NCBI GenBank assembly: GCA_016190935.1
Contig: JACPPP010000046.1
Span: 20,317 to 84,316 of the forward strand
Direction: 5' to 3'
Origin: Armatimonadota bacterium
GTDB taxonomy: Bacteria; Armatimonadota; UBA5829; DTLH01
Length of the DNA stretch: 64,000 nucleotides
The stretch's first letter is position 1. Every line of letters begins with the position of its first letter. The notes beneath the pieces were generated by a model, which saw only the letters and a program-made list of their open reading frames with translations, made no database searches and was not told the origin of the DNA. The position numbers and the translations under genes are program-made. Of the stretch, positions 26,427 to 35,299 are shown in pieces.

Positions 26427-26966
26427 TCACCGCACCCCAAGAATGTCCTGCACATCGGCCGCCCCGAAAACGGATAGCATCGGTGCGAGGCTCTCCCTCT
26501 CACGGATCTCGAAGAACTCGGACAGGATGAACTGAGATAGGTCGCGGCGGATATCGGAGTACATCATCAGGGAGTAGGAATCGGGGTCAAGGAAGACGTA
26601 ATCGATGTTCTCCAGTATTCCCGCGCTTCCTCCGCCGGAGGTGTCTAGCTCCGAACAGGCGCGCTCTTTACCTCTCAGAGGCTTGTGGTACCAAAAGCCG
26701 GAGGTGCGCAAGTGGAAGAATGGCTCCGACGGGTGACACCAGTCGCCTTCCTGCTGCACCAGAGCAAACAGTCGGCTGAACGTGTTCTTGAGCCGTTCAT
26801 CGAAACGGATCCTGTTTTCGGATATCTCCCGCCTGTCCAGCAACTCGATGACAGCGAGCAGCAACAACGGCTTATGGGGCTTCATTCGGCCCTTGTGGAC
26901 ACCACGCCGCATGCCAAGTATCTCGGCTCTCAGACGTGCAACCTTCTCCTCCAACGCAGTGTCCAA
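26427..26966 (-). CDS. Hypothetical protein (179 aa) with conserved-looking HKPLLLLAVIELLD...FxxLF...W..P..PFFHLRTSGFWYH segment; function unknown
   Basis: ORF in operon context immediately downstream of the PAPS-reductase-like gene. Motif pattern recalls DNA-modification-associated small domains but could not be assigned. Confidence 0.3.
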   Translation of the reverse strand: MDTALEEKVARLRAEILGMRRGVHKGRMKPHKPLLLLAVIELLDRREISENRIRFDERLKNTFSRLFALVQQEGDWCHPSEPFFHLRTSGFWYHKPLRGKERACSELDTSGGGSAGILENIDYVFLDPDSYSLMMYSDIRRDLSQFILSEFFEIRERESLAPMLSVFGAADVQDILGVR

Positions 26967-26984
26967 CCTAACCTCCTCAACTGT

Positions 26985-27779
26985 TCACAGCGTGCAGACT
27001 AGACAAGGGGACGACTCCTCTTGGTCTTGCAGCAGATCGCATAGACGGGAACCCGTGCCGACACTGCGGGCTGTTCGCGCTCCGTATTCGGCCTTGATCG
27101 CAGCGACCCGCTCCGGTCGCGATAGTTCCTCAAGACTCTCATTGTCGCACCACGTGAACCGCCGACCCGTGGCTTGGTCCGTCTTCTCGTAGCCGCTCGC
27201 CAGTCTGAACAGTTCTGGGTGATGCTCCAAGAGCCCGACCCACTCAATCTTCTGTTGGAAGAAACAAAAGTAGCAGCCGGATCTCGACCGCCATTTTCGG
27301 TACCCGGGCATGCCGATTCCCGTTTCCTCCAATATCCGCTCAATATCGTGGTAGCACAATCCATCCTCTTTGAAAGGGTATACGGCTTTGATATTGGGCT
27401 TCTTCGAAATGTAACCTTCACGGTCTTCGTCAGCCCTTATGCCTACATAGCTGATAACAGGTGCTTCGCCAACATACTTCTCAAAAGGTTTCAGTTTAAG
27501 GTACTTGGTGCACCAACGCATGTTAGATGCTGGCAGATAGCCGCCGAACACGTTGAGCCAGTGATCAAAGCCGCGACCATCGTGCTTCAGCACCGTGATG
27601 GACTTACCAAGGAAGGCTTCTATGCGTGCGAGGTATTCATAAGTTTCGGACAGCTCCTTCTCGGTATCGCAGAACACGTACTCCATCTCTGGGACCTTGT
27701 CCCGCATGTAGATCGCCAGTGCGGCGCTGTCCTTGCCGCCGGAGATGGAAAGTATGTGTCGCAGCCTTCCTTCAGACAT
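26985..27779 (-). CDS. PAPS-reductase-family PP-loop ATP pyrophosphatase (SspD/DndC/BrxP-like)
   Basis: PP-loop ILSISGGKDSAALAIY (SGGxDS) near the N-terminus, about 264 aa, cysteine-rich C-terminus. Confidence 0.75.
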   Translation of the reverse strand: MSEGRLRHILSISGGKDSAALAIYMRDKVPEMEYVFCDTEKELSETYEYLARIEAFLGKSITVLKHDGRGFDHWLNVFGGYLPASNMRWCTKYLKLKPFEKYVGEAPVISYVGIRADEDREGYISKKPNIKAVYPFKEDGLCYHDIERILEETGIGMPGYRKWRSRSGCYFCFFQQKIEWVGLLEHHPELFRLASGYEKTDQATGRRFTWCDNESLEELSRPERVAAIKAEYGARTARSVGTGSRLCDLLQDQEESSPCLVCTL

Positions 27780-27782
27780 CCG

Positions 27783-30700
27783 TTACTTCTCCTCCTCGAT
27801 ACATTCGCTGCCATCAGCTGTAGCCAGACGCTTGGTAGCCTCGGTTAGAGCAGCGAGAGCAATCCGTCGATCCACGTTTACGACTGCCCCCTGAGCGATC
27901 AAATCAACAAGACTCGCGATCTCATCCCGATCACTATCCGAGAAACGCACCAAGTGGCGAATAGCCTCCCCTTGACGACCGCTGATCGTCAACAGATAGC
28001 CGTCCTCGCCGTCCTCCAACGCCAAACCCAGCGACTGAGCTGCCTCGATTCCGCGCACCTGAGCTGCGATCTGTGGGACAAGCCGACCGAAGCTATCGGC
28101 GTCGGCCTTGCTCCACCGGCTTGGCGGTTGGCCGACGATGCCCGCTCCGAGCGACTCCAGGTACTCCGTATCTCCAAGCTGAGCTTCGCGAGCACGCACT
28201 GTCAACGCCCGTAACTTGGAGTCCGTAGCCAGATCATATAGCTTCGAGGCCCGCTTCTCCACCTTGCGTCTCCAGTCGTCTCCGGCGGGAACATCGAATA
28301 TGTCGAGGATTCCGCGGAGCACACGCTCCAATAGCTGCGGGTAGCAGACGATCAGAGCATCGAACGCCTTGTTCAGGCGGTCGAAGAACGTCCCGACATT
28401 GCTGTCCTCCAAGGACTCCTTGTCCGATGGCTGGAACGGGTGGCAGCCCAGCGCAACAGGCAGGTCAACGAAGATGAGCCGTTCGGGGCTCTTCGCTCTT
28501 AGGATCGCCTCTCGCACCGCTATGGCTTCAGGCGGCAAATCTCTTGTCATCTCGACGTATCTGGGCAAGGATCCCATTCTCTGATACAGCGATCTCGCTA
28601 CCGGCAGCAATCCACTCTCGACGCGAAATCCCCGCGCGAACCGCTCGATGACCTGCTCGCGCTCTCCATCGATCCCGAAACGCAAGACAGAGAAATTCTC
28701 AGGTCGGCGCATCAGTCGTTCCATTACTGGCGGCGTCAGGTCGGGGACAAACACCCCGTCTTCATACATGGCCATCGTGCCGCAGTAGCTGATCATGCAG
28801 GCGCACAACAGCACCGGCACAAAACCATCGGCGACGCCGTAAGGAGGGCCGCTGAGTTCTCGGAAGAGTTGGCTCACGGAGATGGGCTTCAGCGATTCCG
28901 AGTAAGCTCGTTCAAGCAGGCAATCCCAGGCTTTCTGCAGCCCGGTATCTTCATCATTCGGTCGGCCGAACTCCCACTGTTCCTTGTCGTTCAGCCGGTG
29001 CACGCCGCTCCTCAGCAAGAGCGACTCGTATATGCTCCTCTCGGGGGGATAGCCATTGAAACCTAACCCGGGCTGGTCTTCCACCGTCAGCATCGCCTTG
29101 ACGAGATTACCTCGCGCGGCGGCCGCTGCCGACGAGAGTCTCCGGCGGTTGATTAGCTCATTCTGGACGACTGGCGCGAACTCGAAGGTGGCGTCGCAGG
29201 CATCGGAGAGCAGGGACGCGAGGTCTCTGGTGGATGCCGTCTTCCTTTGCTCCCCTCGCCAGAGACATAAAGTCTCGCCGGTACCAGGAGTGAATATCCG
29301 GTTCCATTCGGTTCTGAATGCAATCTCGGCTTCAAGTCTCCGCTCGTTGAGTTCCTGCCGAGCTACCCTATCGCCGGCGAGAGCCGGGGTGTTATGCTTG
29401 ACCCACTCCAGCGCTGCGACATCACGTGCGGCCTCCAGAAGCTCGTCGTTCTCTGTCCCGACGAGAACAAGGACAGAAGGGTCCACCAGACCGCTGAGGG
29501 CCGATATCACGGATTCCCTTTGCTCGTAATCCTGCACGAGACAGTGAATCAACCGTCCGTCAACGTCCTCTCTCGGCTCAAGAGCCGTGGAGAGATCCTC
29601 CTCTGAACTGGGTGTGACTGCAAACGATCTCAGCATGCCGGTGCGGAACGAATGTCTCCTGGCAACAACGGGCGGCGACGGACACAGGTCTCTAGCCACA
29701 GAAACTGCAACAGACTGAGATGGTAGCGCTTGGTACGCCGCCGCCAGCCGTTCCCCGACGTCTACGTCGCTGCCCTCCCACAATCGAAAAGCGTTGCGGA
29801 ACCTCCGGAATACGATTAGCCGCTTCTCTTCGAGCAGATCAAGGGCGGCCTGAATCCGCTCCGGCGAGCAAATCGGTGAAGACAAGGCAAGCATCAGAGC
29901 TTCGCGGGAAGCATGGAAACGTGATGTTTCCCCAACCAGGCTCAGCAGACCGACGCTCTTGAGGACGTCGACTTCCTCAAGCGTGGCGTCACCGAGCCTC
30001 GCAATCGCCTCTTCGACTTCCGCCCATGCGCGTGCTACATGAGGCGCTGGGGCTCCGCCAACAAGCGTGTGGCACGCATAGTCGTAGAGTTGAGGCAGGC
30101 GCATGAAAGGCGGAGCATCAGCATCAAATTCAGAATCTCGCACCCAATCGGTCAAGGAAAATGGCTCGTTCGCCGACAGAAATGAGAACAACGATCTTTC
30201 GCTCTGCCCGTATTTCCTGAACAAACCTGGAAGCAGCACAAGCGAAGTGGGGTGGAGCGGATAGCACGATACGCACAGATCCTCGAAGTCGCTTTCCGAT
30301 CCACGTGGCGCAAGTCCGGCACAGGCTTGAGCAGACTGCCGTATCGCCTGATTCGCGCACACGGCTTCGCTATCAGTGCTGTTCAATGCTCTTGCGACGA
30401 GCTGGAACGCATCAAGCCCATCCAGGACGCAGGGAACGTCAAAGAACCGTTGCTGGACGCGCTCCCACTCCCGCTGATGCCGTCGGCCCAAACGGGAGGC
30501 ATACTGGGAGAACTGCTGATGCAGGATGGTAACGAACCAAAGAGGGTAGTCGTGGCTGCGTGACGCAGCTTCGGCCATTTCCTGGAGGATCTGTACATCG
30601 CTGTCTTCGGAGCGCAGTGCCGCGTATTCCAATAGCTTTCCGAGTTCGTCGACGATCACAACTACGCCTAACGCCTGCTCTCCTTCAGCAGCAATTCTGG

Positions 30701-31247
30701 CGAGATCCTCGAATATCCTGACGACGGCCTTGGTGCCTGGATTCCTCGACTGGATTTCCTTTCGATGCTTCGTGAGCAGTGCGCGAAGTAGCGTCTGCCG
30801 CCCAGACAGTTCAAGCGAGCGTTTCAGGTTGCGCATGAGTGATACAGCGATGTTCTCCCTGGTACCTGTTGCCAGGATCGTTATGTAGCCCTGTTCCGGC
30901 GGCGGCAGGAGCTGATTGGCGACGCCATCGATGTCACCGCGCGCTCTGTCCTTGAAGCCGTTGTTCTGTGCTTTGTCGAGCAGTCTGGCGAAGTACAGCG
31001 CCAACGCTGATTTGCCAGAGCCGTACGGACCTGAAATGCACTGAGCGCGATATGAAGGGTCGGACGTTCCGCGCGCAAGGAGAGACAGGGCGGACAACGA
31101 GCCTCGAGTTAAGAGATAACCCTCGGCAGCATCGTCCGTATAGAAATCGCGCTCCAGATGCACTGATCTCAGGAACCGTGGGCTCAGGGAGATCAACTCG
31201 GACATAGCGGCCTTACCGGCTGGCATAGTAAGCCTCCAGAAAAGCAA
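27783..31247 (-). CDS. DUF499-type large P-loop ATPase (SspC/BrxC-like)
   Basis: Walker A CISGPYGSGKSALALYFARLL, Walker B VVVIVDELGKLLEYAA, followed by an ILHQQF motif, as in BrxC/SspC family ATPases. The true start may be the internal Met about 31205. Confidence 0.65.
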   Translation of the reverse strand: MLFWRLTMPAGKAAMSELISLSPRFLRSVHLERDFYTDDAAEGYLLTRGSLSALSLLARGTSDPSYRAQCISGPYGSGKSALALYFARLLDKAQNNGFKDRARGDIDGVANQLLPPPEQGYITILATGTRENIAVSLMRNLKRSLELSGRQTLLRALLTKHRKEIQSRNPGTKAVVRIFEDLARIAAEGEQALGVVVIVDELGKLLEYAALRSEDSDVQILQEMAEAASRSHDYPLWFVTILHQQFSQYASRLGRRHQREWERVQQRFFDVPCVLDGLDAFQLVARALNSTDSEAVCANQAIRQSAQACAGLAPRGSESDFEDLCVSCYPLHPTSLVLLPGLFRKYGQSERSLFSFLSANEPFSLTDWVRDSEFDADAPPFMRLPQLYDYACHTLVGGAPAPHVARAWAEVEEAIARLGDATLEEVDVLKSVGLLSLVGETSRFHASREALMLALSSPICSPERIQAALDLLEEKRLIVFRRFRNAFRLWEGSDVDVGERLAAAYQALPSQSVAVSVARDLCPSPPVVARRHSFRTGMLRSFAVTPSSEEDLSTALEPREDVDGRLIHCLVQDYEQRESVISALSGLVDPSVLVLVGTENDELLEAARDVAALEWVKHNTPALAGDRVARQELNERRLEAEIAFRTEWNRIFTPGTGETLCLWRGEQRKTASTRDLASLLSDACDATFEFAPVVQNELINRRRLSSAAAAARGNLVKAMLTVEDQPGLGFNGYPPERSIYESLLLRSGVHRLNDKEQWEFGRPNDEDTGLQKAWDCLLERAYSESLKPISVSQLFRELSGPPYGVADGFVPVLLCACMISYCGTMAMYEDGVFVPDLTPPVMERLMRRPENFSVLRFGIDGEREQVIERFARGFRVESGLLPVARSLYQRMGSLPRYVEMTRDLPPEAIAVREAILRAKSPERLIFVDLPVALGCHPFQPSDKESLEDSNVGTFFDRLNKAFDALIVCYPQLLERVLRGILDIFDVPAGDDWRRKVEKRASKLYDLATDSKLRALTVRAREAQLGDTEYLESLGAGIVGQPPSRWSKADADSFGRLVPQIAAQVRGIEAAQSLGLALEDGEDGYLLTISGRQGEAIRHLVRFSDSDRDEIASLVDLIAQGAVVNVDRRIALAALTEATKRLATADGSECIEEEK

Positions 31248-32154
31248 TCGAAGCCAAGGGTTGCTCGTCCCGTTTCACGACGCGCCTTACCTGCGTAGTA
31301 TCCTCAAAAACCATTGCTCCACCACTTGTATCAGAGACGCTGTCCAGGTAAGAAAGAACGGAATCCTCATCCAGCCTGAAGACCTGCGCCGGACTTCCTT
31401 CGGAACCTATGATCTGACGCAACTCCAGAGTCTGTCGCTCACAGCACTTCATATTCCAGAACTCAGACAGCGCATAGGTGAACACTCCTGAGGGTAGGGT
31501 CGGTTTCGGGCCAGTCCTAAGTCGCAGCCGATCTCCATCCGGCTCTTGAACCAGCAGATCCAGTCCAGTGAGCGGACACTCGATGGGGTCCTCACCATTC
31601 GTGACGTCATCTCTGCGAGACAAGTAAGTGTGTATAAGGCAGTCAACGTCGCGCTTCACGGTCGACTCAGACACGTCTTGCCATCCGATGGTCTGGATGA
31701 ACCTAGTCAGAGCGTCCAGCATGGCGGGTCTGGTGAATGCATACTCGTGGAACCTATTGAACGTCCAGTACCAGGTAGCCGCGCGCGTTCCTGCGCTGGT
31801 GAGATTCCAGTGAAGCAGCCAAAGAGTTCCCTCGTCCTCCAAGTAAGGATCCCAGCCAGCATCTTTCAGGAGGCGGTTGCCCAGGTCTGTAGGACGCAGA
31901 CGCCTCGCCCGTGTCCCGGGTTCCTCCTCGGCCACTCTGGTCGCGAGGCACCAGTGGCGGATAGACCGAACCATATTTTTGCCCACCCCAAGAGTAACAA
32001 TAGCGTCCTCACGCTGAAAGGACTCGCGGTCCCGGCTCAGGCTATCTACGCCCTTCTTCAGCCAGGCGTGCCGAAACGCGAAAGTCTCATGTCCGGCAAA
32101 GGACTTCGCAAAAGGCACCTGCACTTCGTTTTCCGCCAGTTGAACTGATACCAT
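31213..32154 (-). CDS. DUF4007-like protein (SspB-like candidate)
   Basis: N-terminal FAGHETFAFRHAWLKKG segment as recalled for DUF4007 family proteins that partner PAPS-reductase-family genes. Position is directly upstream of the DUF499 ATPase and PAPS-reductase genes. Confidence 0.4.
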   Translation of the reverse strand: MVSVQLAENEVQVPFAKSFAGHETFAFRHAWLKKGVDSLSRDRESFQREDAIVTLGVGKNMVRSIRHWCLATRVAEEEPGTRARRLRPTDLGNRLLKDAGWDPYLEDEGTLWLLHWNLTSAGTRAATWYWTFNRFHEYAFTRPAMLDALTRFIQTIGWQDVSESTVKRDVDCLIHTYLSRRDDVTNGEDPIECPLTGLDLLVQEPDGDRLRLRTGPKPTLPSGVFTYALSEFWNMKCCERQTLELRQIIGSEGSPAQVFRLDEDSVLSYLDSVSDTSGGAMVFEDTTQVRRVVKRDEQPLASIAFLEAYYASR

Positions 32155-32245
32155 GACCCGTGTCTCCGTCTCTCAGCGTTCTGGTTCTGCAGGGCTCAGG
32201 GCAATGGCAACCGCAGTCAAAGCCGCGTGGTACAGAAGGTTTTTC

Positions 32246-32461
32246 TCAGGCGTCTTGTTCGACGCCGCCACTTACACGCGCGTTAGCCAGTACCCACGAA
32301 TCCACCTCGGCCTTGCGAAACTTCCAGAGGCGGCCCAGCTTTATGGCTGGCATGCTCCTCCGATCAATCCACTTGTAGATCGTGTCCCGCTTGACACCTA
32401 AGTAGGCCGCGATCTCTCCTACAGAAAGCCAGCGATCATCGATACTGGAATCTACAGACAC
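32246..32461 (-). CDS. Excisionase/AlpA-family (MerR-like) HTH DNA-binding protein
   Basis: WLSVGEIAAYLGVKRDTIYKWIDRRSMPAIKLGRLWKFRKAEVDSW is a typical excisionase/AlpA HTH. Homologous (about 55 percent identity) to 50429-50653. Confidence 0.6.
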   Translation of the reverse strand: MSVDSSIDDRWLSVGEIAAYLGVKRDTIYKWIDRRSMPAIKLGRLWKFRKAEVDSWVLANARVSGGVEQDA

Positions 32462-33018
32462 TGTTACACACCTGCGCTAAGCTATCTACGGATGCGTTGC
32501 CGATTCCCAGATCGGCCCGCTTCCTTGGCCTGCAAAATGGTATAGCAAAGCACCTGCCGATGTCAAGTGTTATCGTGGGAAGAAGTGTGGTTTACTAGGA
32601 CCAATTGGACACATTCATGCCTCGCCGGTTCGAGGTGAACCTGCACCCCCGACAATCGGGTGCCGCAATGCCTTTGCGTAAATCGGCAAATCATCCCATC
32701 TTGCAGAACTATTCTCCGTTTCCTAAGATGTGGTTACATCAACGGGGAAGCAAGGAGTTTAGGCATGACGGAAACTCTCGGTAGGACCGCGGACTCGATC
32801 ACAGGAGCTTGTTCCGATAGAGGGGGAGTACAGCAGCGTGAGAAGGATTCTCACGTAGTCGAAAAGGCCGCTTCCCGCTTTGCGAGACTCTTCTGGCAGC
32901 AGCACATTTCGGAGCTACGATCCCGTGTCAAGCAGGGTAGCCCGCGACGACACCTGGGGCAAACTTGACGCCTCAGGATTACGGTGACATTGCAGCCGCA
33001 GTGCAATGCAGCCGTCCG

Positions 33019-34614
33019 TTAAGCGGTCACGCCCGACGCCGCGATGTCCCCAAGTCGAGCCCTCAGCCTCTTAAGGTAATCCACGTTCCGAAAGGTTATA
33101 ATAAGAGTCGGGCTGGGGAGCCAATCCGACTTCGCTATAACCTGCTTCTCCCTCTGGAGAACGCGGATGAGTTCCGTCGGGATGGCCTTAACGATCTTCC
33201 TATCCTGCACCATGAACCTATCCCAGAATAGGCCCAAGTAGTGGTGTTTGAGCTCGGGTGGAGCTGCCCTGTAAGCTCGGTAGATGCTCCTCGACAATCT
33301 GAGCACATCTTGCACAACATCCAGATCCGACTCCTTAACCTCATCGAGTTCATCCATCTGGGTGCGAAGACCGGCAAGAGCATCATTGAACTTTGCTCTC
33401 AGTCGCACGAACTCGTCGTCGCCAATGACGCCGTCGAGCAGTTTCTCTTCAGCTCTGTCTCTCTTCGCTTCCAAAGCGTTGATCTGATTCTGCAGGATCT
33501 GCTTTTCCGAGGCGATGCTCTGCCTTTGATCGAGGTACATGACCCGGAGTCGCTTGAGTATCAGCGTTACGAACCCGTCACTGAATTGTATACTCTTGAA
33601 TCGCTCCTCCACGGCCCGCTCGAGTCGTGGGACCTCGATGTTCTGGCCGCGGTTGCTATGGGCCCGCATAGCGGCACAGTGATAATACTGCTTCTGCTTC
33701 GCGGGATGCACCTCTGCCGTGTACCTCTGTCCGCAGATGTTGCAGAAAACAAATCCGCGCAACAGGAAATCGTGCCGCCGCCGTCGGCACGCGTAGCGGT
33801 TGTTGCGATCCATGATTTCGAGGACGCGTTTATGTTCTTCAGGGGTAATCATTGCCTTATGCCTTCCTGGCCGCTCCTGACCGTTCCATCGCATTATCCC
33901 GGCGTAGAACGGATTGCGGAACGTGCCGTACATCACACTATGTGGGACTTTCCTGCCGGTCTTCGATCGCAGACCCCGTTGATAGAGGATGTCGGCCACA
34001 TCATCAACGGAGTGCTTACCAGTAAGGTACAGTTCGAACCCTTGCCGCAGCAGCTCATACCGGTCCGAGTCTTTGGCAATGACGGCCACGGGCCTTCCCC
34101 CGCCGGTCGCCGCGCCTTTCTTCACATTCAGATAACCGAAAGGAGCAGGCGCTGGCCACCAGCCTTGTTCGAACTTCTCCCGCATGCCTCTCTTCGTCTT
34201 CCGGCTATTGATGTCCGACTGGAACTGGTTTACGCTCGCGAGAATTGTGTCGATCAGGTTCCCCTCGGGGCTGTCGTCCAGCATTGGCTGAGCAACTGAG
34301 ATCAGATTGACCTCGGCTTTTTGCAGTATCGCCCTGATTGTTAGATGGTCCTTCGTGTTTCTGGCCAGTCTGTCAGTCTCCTGGACTACGACCGCCTTGA
34401 TGTCTCCGTCCTTCGTACAACGCGACAGTAGCTCTGTAAGAGCGGGCCTTTCGAGCGTCGTTCCGCTCTTCCCTTCGTCGCGGAAGACATCAGCTACGCG
34501 AAGACCACTGCGGGCGGCGAAGTCCCGGCAGAGCTTTTCCTGGGCGTCAAGGGAGTATCCTTTGTCTGCCTGCTCCTCGGTGGAGACGCGGCAGTATATG
34601 AAGCAGTTAGCCAT
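33019..34614 (-). CDS. Large serine recombinase (resolvase/invertase catalytic domain + recombinase domain + zinc ribbon)
   Basis: Start at Met 34614 (MANCFIYCRVSTEEQADKGYSLDAQE...) with catalytic YCRVST. Downstream recombinase domain and CxxC...CxxC zinc ribbon. The ORF-track N-terminal extension to 34884 is judged non-coding. Confidence 0.8.
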   Translation of the reverse strand: MANCFIYCRVSTEEQADKGYSLDAQEKLCRDFAARSGLRVADVFRDEGKSGTTLERPALTELLSRCTKDGDIKAVVVQETDRLARNTKDHLTIRAILQKAEVNLISVAQPMLDDSPEGNLIDTILASVNQFQSDINSRKTKRGMREKFEQGWWPAPAPFGYLNVKKGAATGGGRPVAVIAKDSDRYELLRQGFELYLTGKHSVDDVADILYQRGLRSKTGRKVPHSVMYGTFRNPFYAGIMRWNGQERPGRHKAMITPEEHKRVLEIMDRNNRYACRRRRHDFLLRGFVFCNICGQRYTAEVHPAKQKQYYHCAAMRAHSNRGQNIEVPRLERAVEERFKSIQFSDGFVTLILKRLRVMYLDQRQSIASEKQILQNQINALEAKRDRAEEKLLDGVIGDDEFVRLRAKFNDALAGLRTQMDELDEVKESDLDVVQDVLRLSRSIYRAYRAAPPELKHHYLGLFWDRFMVQDRKIVKAIPTELIRVLQREKQVIAKSDWLPSPTLIITFRNVDYLKRLRARLGDIAASGVTA

Positions 34615-34682
34615 AGCAGTGGTTCCTTCCCGCAATTCACAGACTTCCGCCCGAATGCGAGGCTGATCATCTGGAGGCAAGG

Positions 34683-35042
34683 CTAAGCGGGGTCGTGGCG
34701 AGGATTGCTGTGGCGCGGCGAAAGCAGAATGGTCAGTTGTATCCCTTCCGTATCCAGGATCGTCTTCAGCGCGGCGTATTCGGAGAAGCTCAGGATGCCG
34801 GTTGTCGACACCACGACCATATCGATGCTTGGATTGCTCGCCAGAGCGCGGCGCAGGTTCCTGAGCTTGGCATCGTTGGCGCACTTGACAGGTTCGGCTG
34901 CATCGCTAACCTCATCGAGGATGTTCCAGCTGCGCTTCTTTGCATAATCCCTCAACGGGGCAAGATGATCCGCGATCGTTTCCGACGGTGATTGGCGCGC
35001 TTCCTTACGCAGAGGAATCTGGGCGTACAAGAGGCAGTTCAT
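34683..35042 (-). CDS. Degenerate resolvase-like N-terminal domain protein (catalytic Ser replaced: YAQIP instead of YARVS)
   Basis: MNCLLYAQIPLRKEARQ...DMVVVSTTGILSFSEYAALKTILDTEGIQLTIL aligns to the resolvase catalytic domain pattern but lacks the nucleophilic serine. Confidence 0.45.
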   Translation of the reverse strand: MNCLLYAQIPLRKEARQSPSETIADHLAPLRDYAKKRSWNILDEVSDAAEPVKCANDAKLRNLRRALASNPSIDMVVVSTTGILSFSEYAALKTILDTEGIQLTILLSPRHSNPRHDPA

Positions 35043-35299
35043 AGGGGCCTCCGTCTGGTTAAGCGTCCTCTCCGGGCTCAAAGAGGACGCGAGGCTGATA
35101 GCAGGGGACGAGCCTAGTGAGTACATGATGTATATCATTGGTCGGAGTCATTGTCAATAGCGGTGCAGTTACCCCCTTGGGCCCCTGGGCAAGCAAGTTG
35201 ATTTCGTTTCCGGCGGTGTGCTACTATCGATAGGCTTGGGAAGCTGGCGAAGGACGATCTGACTTCGTGATAGAGGGGAGTCGTCGGGAGGAACCAACA

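Noticed and set aside
33241-34299. 352-aa plus-strand ORF antisense to recombinase A, and similar long antisense ORFs (24211-24948, 27174-27848, 38593-39576, 41460-42608, 47098-47832, 57098-57886, 689-1294)
   Set aside because: All are shadow ORFs inside confidently assigned genes on the opposite strand in high-GC DNA. They have low-complexity Arg/Pro/Ser-rich translations and no motifs.
34615-34884. 90-aa N-terminal extension of serine recombinase A in the ORF track
   Set aside because: Pro/Arg-rich, no similarity to recombinase N-termini. The canonical MANCFIYCRVST start is at 34614.
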